Below, in pieces: positions 35,981-45,525 of a DNA stretch of 64,000 nt (positions are counted from its first letter, which is position 1; each line of letters starts with the position of its first letter). Both the position numbers and the translations under genes were made by a program. The notes under the pieces are model-generated. The model worked only from the letters and a program-made list of their open reading frames with translations. It made no database searches and had not been told where the DNA came from. This DNA comes from an uncultured Actinomycetota bacterium (lineage in GTDB: Bacteria; Actinomycetota; Actinomycetes; Mycobacteriales; Jatrophihabitantaceae): contig CAVQKZ010000004.1 of NCBI GenBank assembly GCA_963713245.1, positions 13,223-77,222 of the forward strand, read 5' to 3'.

Positions 35981-36039
35981 GACGTGCAGTCTGCCTCACC
36001 CGGCCGGTCGTGATTGACGCCCCGCCCGCCGACCCCCTA

Positions 36040-36186
36040 GCGTGGCCGCTACGTGATGGCGGCAGGAACCCGGTGCGAATCCGGGACGGTGGCGCCACTG
36101 TGAGCGGCGAAGTTGCCGCGAGTCAGACACTGCGCCGTCACGCCGCCCATCAACAGGGGACGCATCATCCCCGGAGGAGGCTCCAC
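36040..36186 (+). promoter_or_regulatory. cobalamin (AdoCbl) riboswitch upstream of cbtB-cbtA
   Basis: GGAACCCGGTGCGAATCCGGGACGGTGGCGCCACTGTGAGCGG, with the GCCACTG core at 36094-36100. A B12-box-like GAGTCAGACACTGCGCC follows. A P1-like pairing joins cgtgatggc (36052-60) and gccgtcacg (36134-42). The SD GGAGGAGG at 36172 precedes GTG 36187. Confidence 0.75.
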
Positions 36187-36402
36187 GTGAGCAACACCAC
36201 CACCGCACTGCCGGCCAGCACACCGGTCGTCGTCAGCCTGCCGAAGACGGCCATCCTGCTGGCCGCCACGCTGTTCCTCGGCCTCGCCGTCTACTACTTC
36301 GTCGGCATCGACGAGGGCGCGGTGTCGGTGTTCGGCAAGAGCCTGATGGTGCACGAGTTCGTGCACGACGCGCGGCACTTCCTCGGGTTCCCCTGCCACT
36401 AG
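36187..36402 (+). CDS. cbtB: cobalt transporter subunit CbtB
   Basis: 71 aa from GTG 36187: one TM segment, then the C-terminal HEFVHDARHFLGFPCH metal-binding motif typical of CbtB. Confidence 0.8.
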   Translation: MSNTTTALPASTPVVVSLPKTAILLAATLFLGLAVYYFVGIDEGAVSVFGKSLMVHEFVHDARHFLGFPCH

Positions 36403-36421
36403 CCGGCCGGGGCCAACCCAC

Positions 36422-37276
36422 GTGGAAGGCAAACTGATCCTGCGGGGCGTGCTCGCCGGTGCCGTGGCCGGCCTGTTCGCGTTCGTCTTCGCGCGCATCT
36501 TCGCCGAGCCGCAGATCCAGAAGGCGATCAACTACGAGGACGGCCGCGACGCCGCCCAGGACGCGCTGGACAAGGCCGCCGGGCTCAGGTTGGCGCCGCC
36601 CGGGCCGGACATCTTCAGCCGCACCATCCAGGCCAACGTCGGCATGGGCGTGGGCATGGTCGCGTTCGGCGCGGCCATGGGGGCGCTGTTCGCGATCGCC
36701 TACCTGGTCTGCCTGGGCCGGGTCGGCCGGTTGCGGCCCCGCTCGATCGCGCTGCTCGTCGCGGCCGGCGGGTTCCTCGGCATCTACCTGGTCCCGTTCG
36801 TCAAGTACCCGGCCAACCCGCCGTCGATCGGACACCCGGACACGATCAAGCAGCGCGGCGGGCTCTACCTGGTCATGGTGCTGGCCTCGGTGCTCTTCCT
36901 GGTCGGCGCGGTCTGGCTGGGGCAGCGGCTGCGGTCCCGGTTCGGCAACTGGAACGCGTCCCTGCTCGCCGGCGGTGCGTTCGTGGTCGCGATCGGGATC
37001 GTCATGCTGCTGCTGCCCTCGGTCGGGCACCTGGCCGCGAACAAGGCCGACTTCGGCAACCACGCGACCGAGACGCCCCTGCCGCTGAAGGACCCGAGCG
37101 GCAAGATCGTCTATCCGGGCTTCCCGGCCGACGTGCTGTTCGACTTCCGGCTGTACTCGGTCGGGGCCCAGCTCATCCTGTGGAGCGCGCTCGGGCTGTT
37201 GTTCGCGCCCATGGCCGAGCGGGTGCTGGCCCCGCTCACCCGGACCGAGCGGGCCGGCGATCCGGTGGCGGCCTGA
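36422..37276 (+). CDS. cbtA: cobalt transporter subunit CbtA
   Basis: 284-aa polytopic membrane protein directly after cbtB and behind the riboswitch: ...FARIFAEPQIQKAINYE... This fits the CbtA family. Confidence 0.75.
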   Translation: MEGKLILRGVLAGAVAGLFAFVFARIFAEPQIQKAINYEDGRDAAQDALDKAAGLRLAPPGPDIFSRTIQANVGMGVGMVAFGAAMGALFAIAYLVCLGRVGRLRPRSIALLVAAGGFLGIYLVPFVKYPANPPSIGHPDTIKQRGGLYLVMVLASVLFLVGAVWLGQRLRSRFGNWNASLLAGGAFVVAIGIVMLLLPSVGHLAANKADFGNHATETPLPLKDPSGKIVYPGFPADVLFDFRLYSVGAQLILWSALGLLFAPMAERVLAPLTRTERAGDPVAA

Positions 37277-37994
37277 CCAGCACGCAGTCGCCGCACAGGC
37301 CGGCGCCCGGGATCCGGTAGAACAGGCAGCAGTTGGTGCGGACGAACGCGGGGCTGGTGCCGGGTGCCGCGAAGGCCCCGGTGCCGGACAGTGTGCCGCT
37401 CTGGACGGCGGCGCCGACGATCTCGGCCGGGTCGAGGACGAGGTTGCGGCCGCTGCCGGTCAGCATGGCCGCCGCCCCGGCCAGCGCCGACGCGGCGTTG
37501 CCCCGCAGCACTTGATGTGACAGCCGGAACGACGTCGCGAACCGTGTGGCCAGCGGGGCGACCACCCGGCTCAGCACGCCGGCGTCGAGCCGAGCCGCGG
37601 CCTGGGCCGCCGTCGTCACCGGGTGGCCGGTCGGCCCGGCCCAGCTCATCGGGACCGGTCCGCCGTCGACCGGCCGCCAGCCGATCTGGTCCGGGCCGAC
37701 GTCGGGCACCACTCCGGCCACCGCCGCCGCGCCCAGGGCCGGGGCCAGCACCCGGGAGGCCAGCCCGAGGAAGTGGATCGACGCGCAGGCCCGTTCCTCG
37801 ATCTGGTCGGGGGCCAGCCCGGCCCGGTCCGCGATGGTCGACCGGACGAAGGCGACGCGCTCGGCCAGCACGGCCGGGTCGTCGAGCAGGGCCGTGAACG
37901 GAAGCCAGCCGTCCACCGGTCTCTGGTCCAGGACGAAATACGGCCCGACCTCGGCCGCCGCCGCCAGCGCGCCGCCCACCGAGATCGCCGCCAC
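37236..37994 (-). CDS. FhuF-like (2Fe-2S)-binding protein / ferric-reductase family
   Basis: The C-terminus ...FVRTNCCLFYRIPGAGLCGDCVL matches the FhuF C-C-x10-C-x2-C cluster motif exactly. The start is provisionally GTG 37994. The upstream 500 codons of ORF 37236..39503 are antisense to chlID and rejected. Its 3' end overlaps cbtA by 41 nt. Confidence 0.7.
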   Translation of the reverse strand: MAAISVGGALAAAAEVGPYFVLDQRPVDGWLPFTALLDDPAVLAERVAFVRSTIADRAGLAPDQIEERACASIHFLGLASRVLAPALGAAAVAGVVPDVGPDQIGWRPVDGGPVPMSWAGPTGHPVTTAAQAAARLDAGVLSRVVAPLATRFATSFRLSHQVLRGNAASALAGAAAMLTGSGRNLVLDPAEIVGAAVQSGTLSGTGAFAAPGTSPAFVRTNCCLFYRIPGAGLCGDCVLVRPPPDRRPARSG

Positions 37995-38054
37995 GGTGCT
38001 CAGGTTGCCACGTCCCGGTTCGCGCCCGGCCGATCCGGCGGTGTGAGACCATCG

Positions 38055-38200
38055 TCGGCGACGGATGCGGAGGAACACCGGTGCGGGCGGCGCTGTTTTT
38101 AGGCGGCGCCTCAGTCCGGGGCGGTCCCGCCACTGTGACCGGCGCGAGCCGGAAGCCAGGACATCGGCACCCGTGCCACGAGGCCGCTCGTCTCGTGGTC
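38055..38200 (+). promoter_or_regulatory. cobalamin (AdoCbl) riboswitch upstream of the chelatase-cobO-cobB-...-cobS operon
   Basis: GGAGGAACACCGGTGCGG...CAGTCCGGGGCGGTCCCGCCACTGTGACCGG, with GCCACTG at 38129-38135. The B12 box GAAGCCAGGACATCGGC is at 38152-38168. Confidence 0.75.
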
Positions 38201-38246
38201 GTCGCCATCGGTGGGCGTGGACACCCGCCGGATGAGGGGTCGCGCG

Positions 38247-40208
38247 GTGTCGCAGTTCCCGTTCAGCGCTGTCGTCGAGATGGACGACATGCGCCTGGCC
38301 CTCATCCTCAACGCGATCTCGCCGTCGATCGGTGGTGTGCTCGTGCGCGGCGAGAAGGGCACGGCCAAGTCGACGGCCGTCCGGGCCCTGGCCGCGGTGC
38401 TGCCGCCGGTCTCGGTCCTGGCCGGCTGCCGCTTCTCGTGCGACCCGGTCGCCCCCGACCCGCTCTGCCCGGACGGCCCGCACGGCGCCGACGGCACCGG
38501 CGTCACCCGCACCGCGAGGATCGTCGAGCTGCCGGTCGGCTCGACCGAGGACCGGCTCACCGGCTCGCTCGACGTCGAACGGGCGCTGACCGAGGGCGTC
38601 ACGTCGTTCCAGCCCGGCCTGCTCGCTGCAGCCCACCGCGGCGTTCTGTACGTCGACGAGGTCAACCTGCTGCACGACCACCTGGTCGACCTGCTCCTCG
38701 ACGCCGCCGCCCTGGGCACCAACTACGTCGAACGCGACGGGGTGTCGGTGCGGCACGCGGCCCGGTTCCTGCTCGTGGGCACGATGAACCCCGAGGAGGG
38801 CGAACTGCGCCCGCAGCTGCTCGACCGGTTCGGGCTGACCGTCGAGGTGGCCGCGCCGAAGCAGCCCAAGGTCCGGGCCGAGGTGGTACGCCGGCGGATG
38901 GAGTTCGACGCCGACCCGCGCGGGTTCGCGGCCCGCTTCGCCGCCGAGGAGGCGCGAACTCGCGACCTCGATCCGGACTGCCCGCATGGTGCTGCCGTCG
39001 GTCGAACTCACCGACAGCGCGCTGGAGCAGATCGCGGCCATTTGCGCCGCGTTCGACGTGGACGGGATGCGGGCCGACATCGTGACCGCCCGCGCGGCCG
39101 CCGCCCACGCGGCCTGGCACGGGCGCGACAGCGTGTCCGTCGACGACATCCGCGCCGCCGCCCGGCTGGCTCTGCCCCACCGCCGGCGCCGCAACCCGTT
39201 CGACGCGCCCGGCATCGACGAGGGCGAACTCGACGACGCGCTGCGCGACGTCGACGGCGAGCCCGAGCCCGACCCGGACGACACCGACCCGGACGCCGCG
39301 CCGCCGCCGGAACGGGACGGGCCGCAACAGAACTCGCCCACGGACGCCGACGGGACCGGTGAGCGCCCGCCTGACAGTCCCGGGCGGGCCGGCGAGAGCG
39401 TGGCCACCCCGTCGCCGGCCTTCCGGGCCCGGCGGCTCGAGGTCCCGGGCATCGGGGCCGGTACGTCCGGGCGCCGGTCGCGGGCCGAGACCGAGATCGG
39501 CAAGACTGTCGGCTCGGCCCGTGCCGGGCGGGCGCATCCAGCACCTGCACCTCATCGCCACGCTCGCGGCCTCGGCGCCGCACCAGCGCGACCGCGGCCG
39601 GTCCGGCCCGGGACTGGTGCTGCGCCGCGAAGACCTGCGCGAGTCGCGCCGCGAGGGCCGCGAGTCGAACCTGGTGCTGTTCCTCGTCGACGCCAGCGGG
39701 TCGATGGCGGCCCGCTCCCGGATGGCCGCGGTCAAGGGCGCGGTGCTGTCCCTGCTGCTGGACGCCTACCAGCGCCGCGACAAGGTCGGGCTGATCTCGT
39801 TCCGCGGGGCCGGGGCCGAACTGCTGCTGCCGCCGACCTCGTCGGTCGATGCCGCCGCCCGCCGGCTGACCACGCTGCCGACCGGCGGGCGCACCCCGCT
39901 GGCCGCCGGGTTGCTCGAAGCCCGGGCCACGTTGGAGCGGGAACGGTTGCGCGATCCGCGCCGCCGCCCGCTGCTGGTCGTGGTCACCGACGGCCGCAAC
40001 ACCGGTGCGGGCGAGCCGGCCCGGGCCGCGGCCCTGCTCCGCAAGGACCGCACCGCAAGCGTCGTGGTCGACTGCGAGTCCGGCCCGGTGCGCCTCGGCC
40101 TGGCCGTCGAACTCGCAACCGCGCTCAGCGGCGGTCTGCCTGCAACTGGGCGAACTCGCGGCCGGCGAACTGGCCGACTCGGTGCGGGCGCTGCGGGCGG
40201 TGGCCTGA
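38247..40208 (+). pseudogene. ChlI-ChlD fusion (AAA+ / vWA) cobaltochelatase subunit, 3 frame disruptions as assembled
   Basis: [43 protein letters not shown]...LYVDEVNLL...[19 protein letters not shown] (ORF 38211..39362). Next comes [33 protein letters not shown] (38986..40299). Then the vWA domain [15 protein letters not shown]...ISFRG...TGGRTPL (39359..40819). The tail ...[23 protein letters not shown] lies in 40005..40208. Breaks are at about 38955, 39515 and 40128. Confidence 0.85.
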
Positions 40209-40819
40209 TGCCCAAGGGCGTCCCCGAGACCGTCCCCGACGACGGCCTGACCACCCGCCAGCGCCGCAACCGGCCGCTGCTGATCGTGCACACCGGTGAG
40301 ATGAAGGGTAAGTCGACGGCCGCGTTCGGGCTGGCCCTGCGGGCCTGGAACCAGGGCTGGGACATCGGCGTGTACCAGTTCGTGAAGAGCGCCAAGTGGC
40401 GCGTCGGCGAGGAGGCGGCGTTCCGGGCGCTCGGGCGGGTGCACGACGAGACCGGTGAGGGCGGCGCCGTCGCCTGGCACAAGATGGGCGAGGGCTGGTC
40501 CTGGATCCAGCGCGGGCCGGACGAGGACCACGCCGCCAACGCCCGCGAGGGCTGGCAGCAGATCAAGCGCGACCTCGCCGCCGAGCGCTACGGCTGCTAC
40601 GTGCTGGACGAGTTCACCTACCCCATCAAGTGGGGCTGGCTCGACGTCGACGAGGTCGTCGACACGCTGGCCAACCGGCCCGGCCACCAGCACGTCGTCA
40701 TCACCGGCCGCCACGCCGATCCGGCCCTGGTCGCGGCCGCTGACCTGGTCGTCGAGATGACCAAGGTCAAACACCCCATGGACACGGGCCAGAAGGGCCA
40801 GCGGGGCATCGAGTGGTGA
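40208..40819 (+). CDS. cobO: cob(I)yrinic acid a,c-diamide adenosyltransferase
   Basis: From ATG 40208 (TGATG junction): [61 protein letters not shown]...VLDEFTYP...VITGR. Confidence 0.9.
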   Translation: MPKGVPETVPDDGLTTRQRRNRPLLIVHTGEMKGKSTAAFGLALRAWNQGWDIGVYQFVKSAKWRVGEEAAFRALGRVHDETGEGGAVAWHKMGEGWSWIQRGPDEDHAANAREGWQQIKRDLAAERYGCYVLDEFTYPIKWGWLDVDEVVDTLANRPGHQHVVITGRHADPALVAAADLVVEMTKVKHPMDTGQKGQRGIEW

Positions 40820-42180
40820 GCCTCCCGCGCGTCGTGATCGCCGCGCCCGCCAGTGGCCAGGGCAAGACCTCCGTGGCCACCGGTCTGCTCGCGGCCCTGC
40901 GGGCCCGGGGCCGGACGGTGTCGCCGCACAAGGTCGGCCCGGACTACATCGATCCCGGCTACCACACGCTCGCGGCCGGCCGGCCCGGCCGCAACCTCGA
41001 CCCGTGGCTGGTCGGTGAGGACGCCATCCCGGCCCTGTTCGTGCACGGCGCGACCACCCCGACCACGGCCGACATCGCCGTCATCGAAGGCGTCATGGGC
41101 CTGTTCGACGGGGCCTCGGGGCGCGGTGACTTCGCCTCGACCGCGCACGTGGCCCGGTTGCTGCACGCCCCGGTCGTACTCGTCGTCGACGCGTCCGGGG
41201 CGGCCCGCTCGGTCGCCGCGCTCGTCCAGGGATTCGCCACGTTCGATCCGACGGTCGCCGTCGGCGGCGTGATCTTCAACCGGGTCGGCTCGGCCCGGCA
41301 CGACGAGATCCTGCGCGACGCGTTGGGTGCGATCGGCGTGCCCGTGCTGGGGATGGTGCACCGGCACGACGAGCTGGCCGTGCCGTCGCGGCACCTCGGG
41401 CTGATCCCGGCGGCCGAGCGCACGATCGAGGCCGCGCGCACGGTCGAGACCCTCGGCCGGGTCATCGGCACGAGCGTGGATCTGGACGCGGTCGAACGGC
41501 TGGCCCGCAGTGCCCCGCCGCTGTCATTCGACGCCGAGCTCATCCCGCCGCCGTCGCCGCGCCCGTCGGTCCGGATCGCGGTCGCGGCCGGGCCGGCTTT
41601 CACGTTCGGCTACGCCGAACACCCTGAGCTGCTGGCCGCGGCCGGGGCCGAGGTTGTGCCGTTCGACCCGACCCGGGACGAGACGCTGCCGCCCGACGTG
41701 GCCGGGTTGGTCATCGGCGGGGGATTCCCCGAGGTGCACGCGGCCGACCTGGCCGCGAACGTGCCGCTCCGCGACAGCATCGCCGCGTTCGCCCGGTCGG
41801 GGGCGCCGGTCGCGGCCGAGTGCGCCGGGCTGCTCTACCTGGCCCGCAGCCTCGACGGCCAGCCGATGTGCGGCGTGCTCGACACCGACGCGGTGATGAC
41901 CGGCCGGCTCACGCTCGGCTACCGGGAGGCGGTGGCGCCGGCCGACTCCGTCCTGGCCAGGGCCGGGACCCGGGTGCACGGGCACGAGTTCCACCGCACG
42001 GCCTGCACGCCGGCGTCGGGCGCCCAGCCGGCCTGGCTGTGGCAGGGCGACGGCGCGGCCGGCGAGGGATTCGTCGCCGGGGGAGTGCACGCGTCCTACC
42101 TGCACCTGCACTGGGCCGGGGTGCCCGGCCTGGCCGAGCGACTGGTCGCCGCCGGCCGGGCCGCGCGGGTGCCGGCATGA
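40813..42180 (+). CDS. cobB: hydrogenobyrinate/cobyrinate a,c-diamide synthase
   Basis: 455 aa: [23 protein letters not shown]...[13 protein letters not shown]...[10 protein letters not shown]...ECAGLLYL...HEFH. Confidence 0.9.
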   Translation: MVSLPRVVIAAPASGQGKTSVATGLLAALRARGRTVSPHKVGPDYIDPGYHTLAAGRPGRNLDPWLVGEDAIPALFVHGATTPTTADIAVIEGVMGLFDGASGRGDFASTAHVARLLHAPVVLVVDASGAARSVAALVQGFATFDPTVAVGGVIFNRVGSARHDEILRDALGAIGVPVLGMVHRHDELAVPSRHLGLIPAAERTIEAARTVETLGRVIGTSVDLDAVERLARSAPPLSFDAELIPPPSPRPSVRIAVAAGPAFTFGYAEHPELLAAAGAEVVPFDPTRDETLPPDVAGLVIGGGFPEVHAADLAANVPLRDSIAAFARSGAPVAAECAGLLYLARSLDGQPMCGVLDTDAVMTGRLTLGYREAVAPADSVLARAGTRVHGHEFHRTACTPASGAQPAWLWQGDGAAGEGFVAGGVHASYLHLHWAGVPGLAERLVAAGRAARVPA

Positions 42181-43208
42181 TCGAGCCGAGCGGCGTCGAG
42201 GCGCGGTTGCGCCATCACGGCGACGCCGACGCGATGGCCGGGCTGGTCGATCTGGCCGTCAACGTGCGGCCCGGCGCCCCGCCGGCCTGGTTGCGGGAGC
42301 GGATCGCGACGGCCGACCTGGCCGCCTATCCCGACCAGACGGACGCCCTGAAGGCCGTGGCCGCCCGGCACGACCGCGATCCGGGCGAGGTGCTGCTGAC
42401 CGCGGGCGCGGCCGAGGCGTTCGTCCTGCTGGCCCGGGCCTTCACCCCCACGCTGGCCGTGGTCGTGCACCCCCAGTTCACCGAGCCCGAGGTCGCGCTG
42501 CGGGCCGCCGGCCACCCGGTCGAGCGGGTCGTGCTCGCCGAGCCGTTCGGGCTCGATGCCCGCCGCGTGCCGGTGGACGCCGACCTCGTCCTGGTCGGCA
42601 ACCCGACCAACCCGACCTCGGTGCTGCACCCGCGCGAGACGCTGCGCTCACTTGTGCGCCCGGGCCGGCTGGTCGTGGTCGACGAGGCGTTCGCCGACTG
42701 CGTCCCGGGCGAGACCGAGTCACTCGCGGCCGCGCCCGACCTGGCCGGGCTGGTCGTCGTCCGCAGCCTGACCAAGACCTGGGGCCTGGCCGGGCTGCGG
42801 GCCGGCTACCTGCTGGCCGAGCGCAACGTCGTCGACGCCCTGCGCGCGGCCCAGCCGCTGTGGCCGGTGAGCGCACCGGCCCTCGCGGCCTGCGTCGCCT
42901 GCTCCGAGCCCGAGGCGGTGGCCGAAGCCGAGAAGTGGGCGCACGAACTGGCCGCGCGCCGCGACCACCTGGTCGGGCTGCTTGACCGGCTCACGCCTGG
43001 CGTCCGCGTCGTCCAGCCGGCGGCGGCGTCGTTCCTGCTCATCCGCACCGGCGCTCCGGACGTCCGGCTCCGGCTGCACGAGCACGGCTTCGCCGTCCGC
43101 CGCGGCGAGACGTTCCCCGGCCTCGACGAGCGCTGGGTGCGCGTGGCGGTCCGGGACGAGGCGACGTCCACCGCGTTCGTGCACGCCCTACAGGAGGTAC
43201 TGGCATGA
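42177..43208 (+). CDS. cobC: threonine-phosphate decarboxylase-type aminotransferase (mycobacterial CobC-like)
   Basis: ATG 42177 overlaps the cobB stop (ATGA). Class I/II aminotransferase motifs: ...LVGNPTNPTSVLH...VVVDEAFAD...VVRSLTKTWGLAGLRAGY. Confidence 0.8.
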   Translation: MIEPSGVEARLRHHGDADAMAGLVDLAVNVRPGAPPAWLRERIATADLAAYPDQTDALKAVAARHDRDPGEVLLTAGAAEAFVLLARAFTPTLAVVVHPQFTEPEVALRAAGHPVERVVLAEPFGLDARRVPVDADLVLVGNPTNPTSVLHPRETLRSLVRPGRLVVVDEAFADCVPGETESLAAAPDLAGLVVVRSLTKTWGLAGLRAGYLLAERNVVDALRAAQPLWPVSAPALAACVACSEPEAVAEAEKWAHELAARRDHLVGLLDRLTPGVRVVQPAAASFLLIRTGAPDVRLRLHEHGFAVRRGETFPGLDERWVRVAVRDEATSTAFVHALQEVLA

Positions 43209-44272
43209 CCGATCAGCTCGAGACGACCATCGCGGAGATCCGGGGCCTGGACCGCGCGGCGGTCGCCGCGGCCGTCGAGCGGCAGGACCGGCTGACCAAG
43301 CCCCGCGGCTCGCTCGGCGTCCTGGAGGACATCTCCATCCAGCTGGCCGGCCTGGCCGGGGAATGCCCCCCGCCGCTGCCCGCGCCGGCGGCCGTGGCCG
43401 TCTTCGCCGGCGACCACGGCGTGCACGCCCAGGGCGTCACGCCCTGGCCGCAGGAGGTCACCACCCAGATGGTGGGCAACTTCCTCTCCGGCGGCGCGGT
43501 CATCAACGCCGTCGCCGCGCAGGCCGACGTCACCGTGCAGGTCGTCGACGTCGGCGTGGCCGCCACGCTCGACCCGGTCGACGGCCTGCTCGACCGCAAG
43601 ATCCGGCCCGGCACGGCCGACATGACCGTCGCCGCGGCCATGTCCCGCGACGAGGCCGTGGCCGCGATCGACGCCGGCATCGACGTGGCCCGCGACCTGG
43701 TCGCGGCCGGCAACCGCTGCCTGCTCACCGGTGACATGGGCATCGCCAACACCACGCCCGCCGCCGCCCTGATCGCCGTGCTGGCCGGCGTCAGCCCCGA
43801 GGCCGCAACCGGCCGGGGGACCGGCATCGACGACGCGACCCTGGCCCGCAAGGTCGACGTGATCCGGGCCGCGATCGAGCGCCACGCCCCGGCGGCCGAC
43901 GACCCGATCGGCGTGCTCGCCGCCGTCGGAGGGCTGGAACACGCCGCCCTCGCCGGCTTCATCCTCGGCGCCGCGGCCACCCGCACCCCGGTCGTGCTCG
44001 ACGGCGTCATCGCCTGCTCGGCCGCCCTGGTCGCCCACGCGCTCGCCCCGCAGAGCACCGCGGCCATGATCGCCGGCCACCGCTCGGCCGAGCCCGGCGC
44101 CGGCCTCGCCCTGGACGTCCTCGGCCTGACCCCGCTGGTCGATCTCGGGATGCGCCTGGGCGAGGGTTCCGGGGCGGTGCTGGCCCTGCCGCTCGTGCAG
44201 AGCGCGGCCCGGGTGCTGCGCGACGTGGCCACCTTCGACGCGGCGGGAGTCACCGAGAAGGACGGGCCGTGA
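43205..44272 (+). CDS. cobT: nicotinate-nucleotide--dimethylbenzimidazole phosphoribosyltransferase
   Basis: 355 aa: ...RQDRLTKPRGSLGVLEDISIQLAG...VFAGDHGV...TGDMGIANTT...LGMRLGEGSGA. Confidence 0.9.
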   Translation: MTDQLETTIAEIRGLDRAAVAAAVERQDRLTKPRGSLGVLEDISIQLAGLAGECPPPLPAPAAVAVFAGDHGVHAQGVTPWPQEVTTQMVGNFLSGGAVINAVAAQADVTVQVVDVGVAATLDPVDGLLDRKIRPGTADMTVAAAMSRDEAVAAIDAGIDVARDLVAAGNRCLLTGDMGIANTTPAAALIAVLAGVSPEAATGRGTGIDDATLARKVDVIRAAIERHAPAADDPIGVLAAVGGLEHAALAGFILGAAATRTPVVLDGVIACSAALVAHALAPQSTAAMIAGHRSAEPGAGLALDVLGLTPLVDLGMRLGEGSGAVLALPLVQSAARVLRDVATFDAAGVTEKDGP

Positions 44273-45525
44273 CCGGGCGCGTCGTCCTGGTCGGCGGCGG
44301 TCCGGGCGATCCCGACCTGATCACGGTCCGCGGCCTGGACCGGCTGCTGGCGGCGGACGTGGTCATCACCGACCGGCTGGCCCCGACCAGCCTGCTCGAA
44401 CGCCTCGGCCCGGACGTCGAGGTCATCGACGCCGCCCGCGCGCCGGGGATGCGGACCTTGAGCTACGACGAGATCGTCGGGCTGATGATCGACCGGGCCC
44501 GGGCCGGCCGGACGGTGGTGCGGCTCAAGGGCGGCGACCCGTTCGTGCTGGCGCACGGGGCCCAGGAGGTCGAGTCCTGCACGGCCGCGGGCATCCCGGT
44601 CGAGGTCGTACCCGGGCTGACCAGCGCGACGGCCGGCCCCGCGCTGGCCGGCGTGGCCCTGACCAGCACGGAGGGCGCGGCCGGCTTCACCGTCGTCTCC
44701 GGCCACCTCGCGCCCGACGACCCGGCCAATCGCCTGGACTGGCCCGCCATCGCCCGCGCGGGCACCACGCTCGTCGTGCTGATGGGGATGAAGCACCTGG
44801 CCGCGATCGCCGGGCGGCTCATCGCCGACGGGGTCGCGGCGTCCACTCCGGCGACGTGCATCGCCGACGCCAGCCTTCCCTCGCAGCGGGTGGTGCGCTC
44901 CAGACTGGGCGACCTGGCGACTGACGTCGAGCGGGCCGACGTCGGCAACCCGGCCGTGGTCGTCGTCGAGGCCGGCGGCCGGCAGCGCTCGGGCCGCCGC
45001 GTGCTCGTGCTCGGCGGCAGCCGGTCGGGCAAGTCCCGCTTCGCCGAGCACCTGCTCGCCGGTCCCGAACCGGTCGAGTACCTGGCCACGGCCGCGCTGC
45101 GCCCGGACGATGCCGAATGGGCCGCGCGCATCCAGCGCCACCGGGACCGCCGTCCGGCCACGTGGCGCACCGTCGAGACCGCGGCCGTGGCCGAGCAGTT
45201 GGCCGAACCGGGCCCGGCCGTGCTGGTCGACAGCGTGACCACGTGGCTGGCCCGGGTGATGGACGACTGCTCTTACTGGGCCGACGAGCTCACCGAGGTG
45301 GCGCGCAAGAGCCTGGCCGCCCAACTCGAGCGGCTGTGCGACGCGTGGCCGGCGACCGCGCGCACGGCCGTGCTGGTCAGTGACGAGGTCGGCAGCGGGG
45401 TCGTCCCGGCCACCGCGTCCGGCCGCCGGTTCCGCGACGAGCTCGGCCTACTGAATCAGCGCCTGGCCGCGGCCGCGGACGAGGTGTACCTGGTCACGGC
45501 CGGGATCGCGCAGCGGCTGCGATGA
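44269..45525 (+). CDS. apparent in-frame fusion: uroporphyrinogen-III C-methyltransferase (CobA/SUMT) :: adenosylcobinamide kinase/GDP-transferase (CobU/CobP)
   Basis: The N-terminus is VVLVGGGPGDPDLITVRGL...RLKGGDPFVLAHG...VVPGLTSA. At residue ~240 a short linker (EAGGRQRSGRR) leads into VLVLGGSRSGKSRFAE...LVDSVTTWL...VSDEVGSGVVP. No stop lies between the halves in this frame. Confidence 0.75.
   Translation: MTGRVVLVGGGPGDPDLITVRGLDRLLAADVVITDRLAPTSLLERLGPDVEVIDAARAPGMRTLSYDEIVGLMIDRARAGRTVVRLKGGDPFVLAHGAQEVESCTAAGIPVEVVPGLTSATAGPALAGVALTSTEGAAGFTVVSGHLAPDDPANRLDWPAIARAGTTLVVLMGMKHLAAIAGRLIADGVAASTPATCIADASLPSQRVVRSRLGDLATDVERADVGNPAVVVVEAGGRQRSGRRVLVLGGSRSGKSRFAEHLLAGPEPVEYLATAALRPDDAEWAARIQRHRDRRPATWRTVETAAVAEQLAEPGPAVLVDSVTTWLARVMDDCSYWADELTEVARKSLAAQLERLCDAWPATARTAVLVSDEVGSGVVPATASGRRFRDELGLLNQRLAAAADEVYLVTAGIAQRLR

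Noticed and set aside
37236-39503. 755-aa minus-strand ORF
   Set aside because: Only the last ~250 codons (the FhuF-like part) look like protein. The rest is antisense to the riboswitch and the ChlI module.
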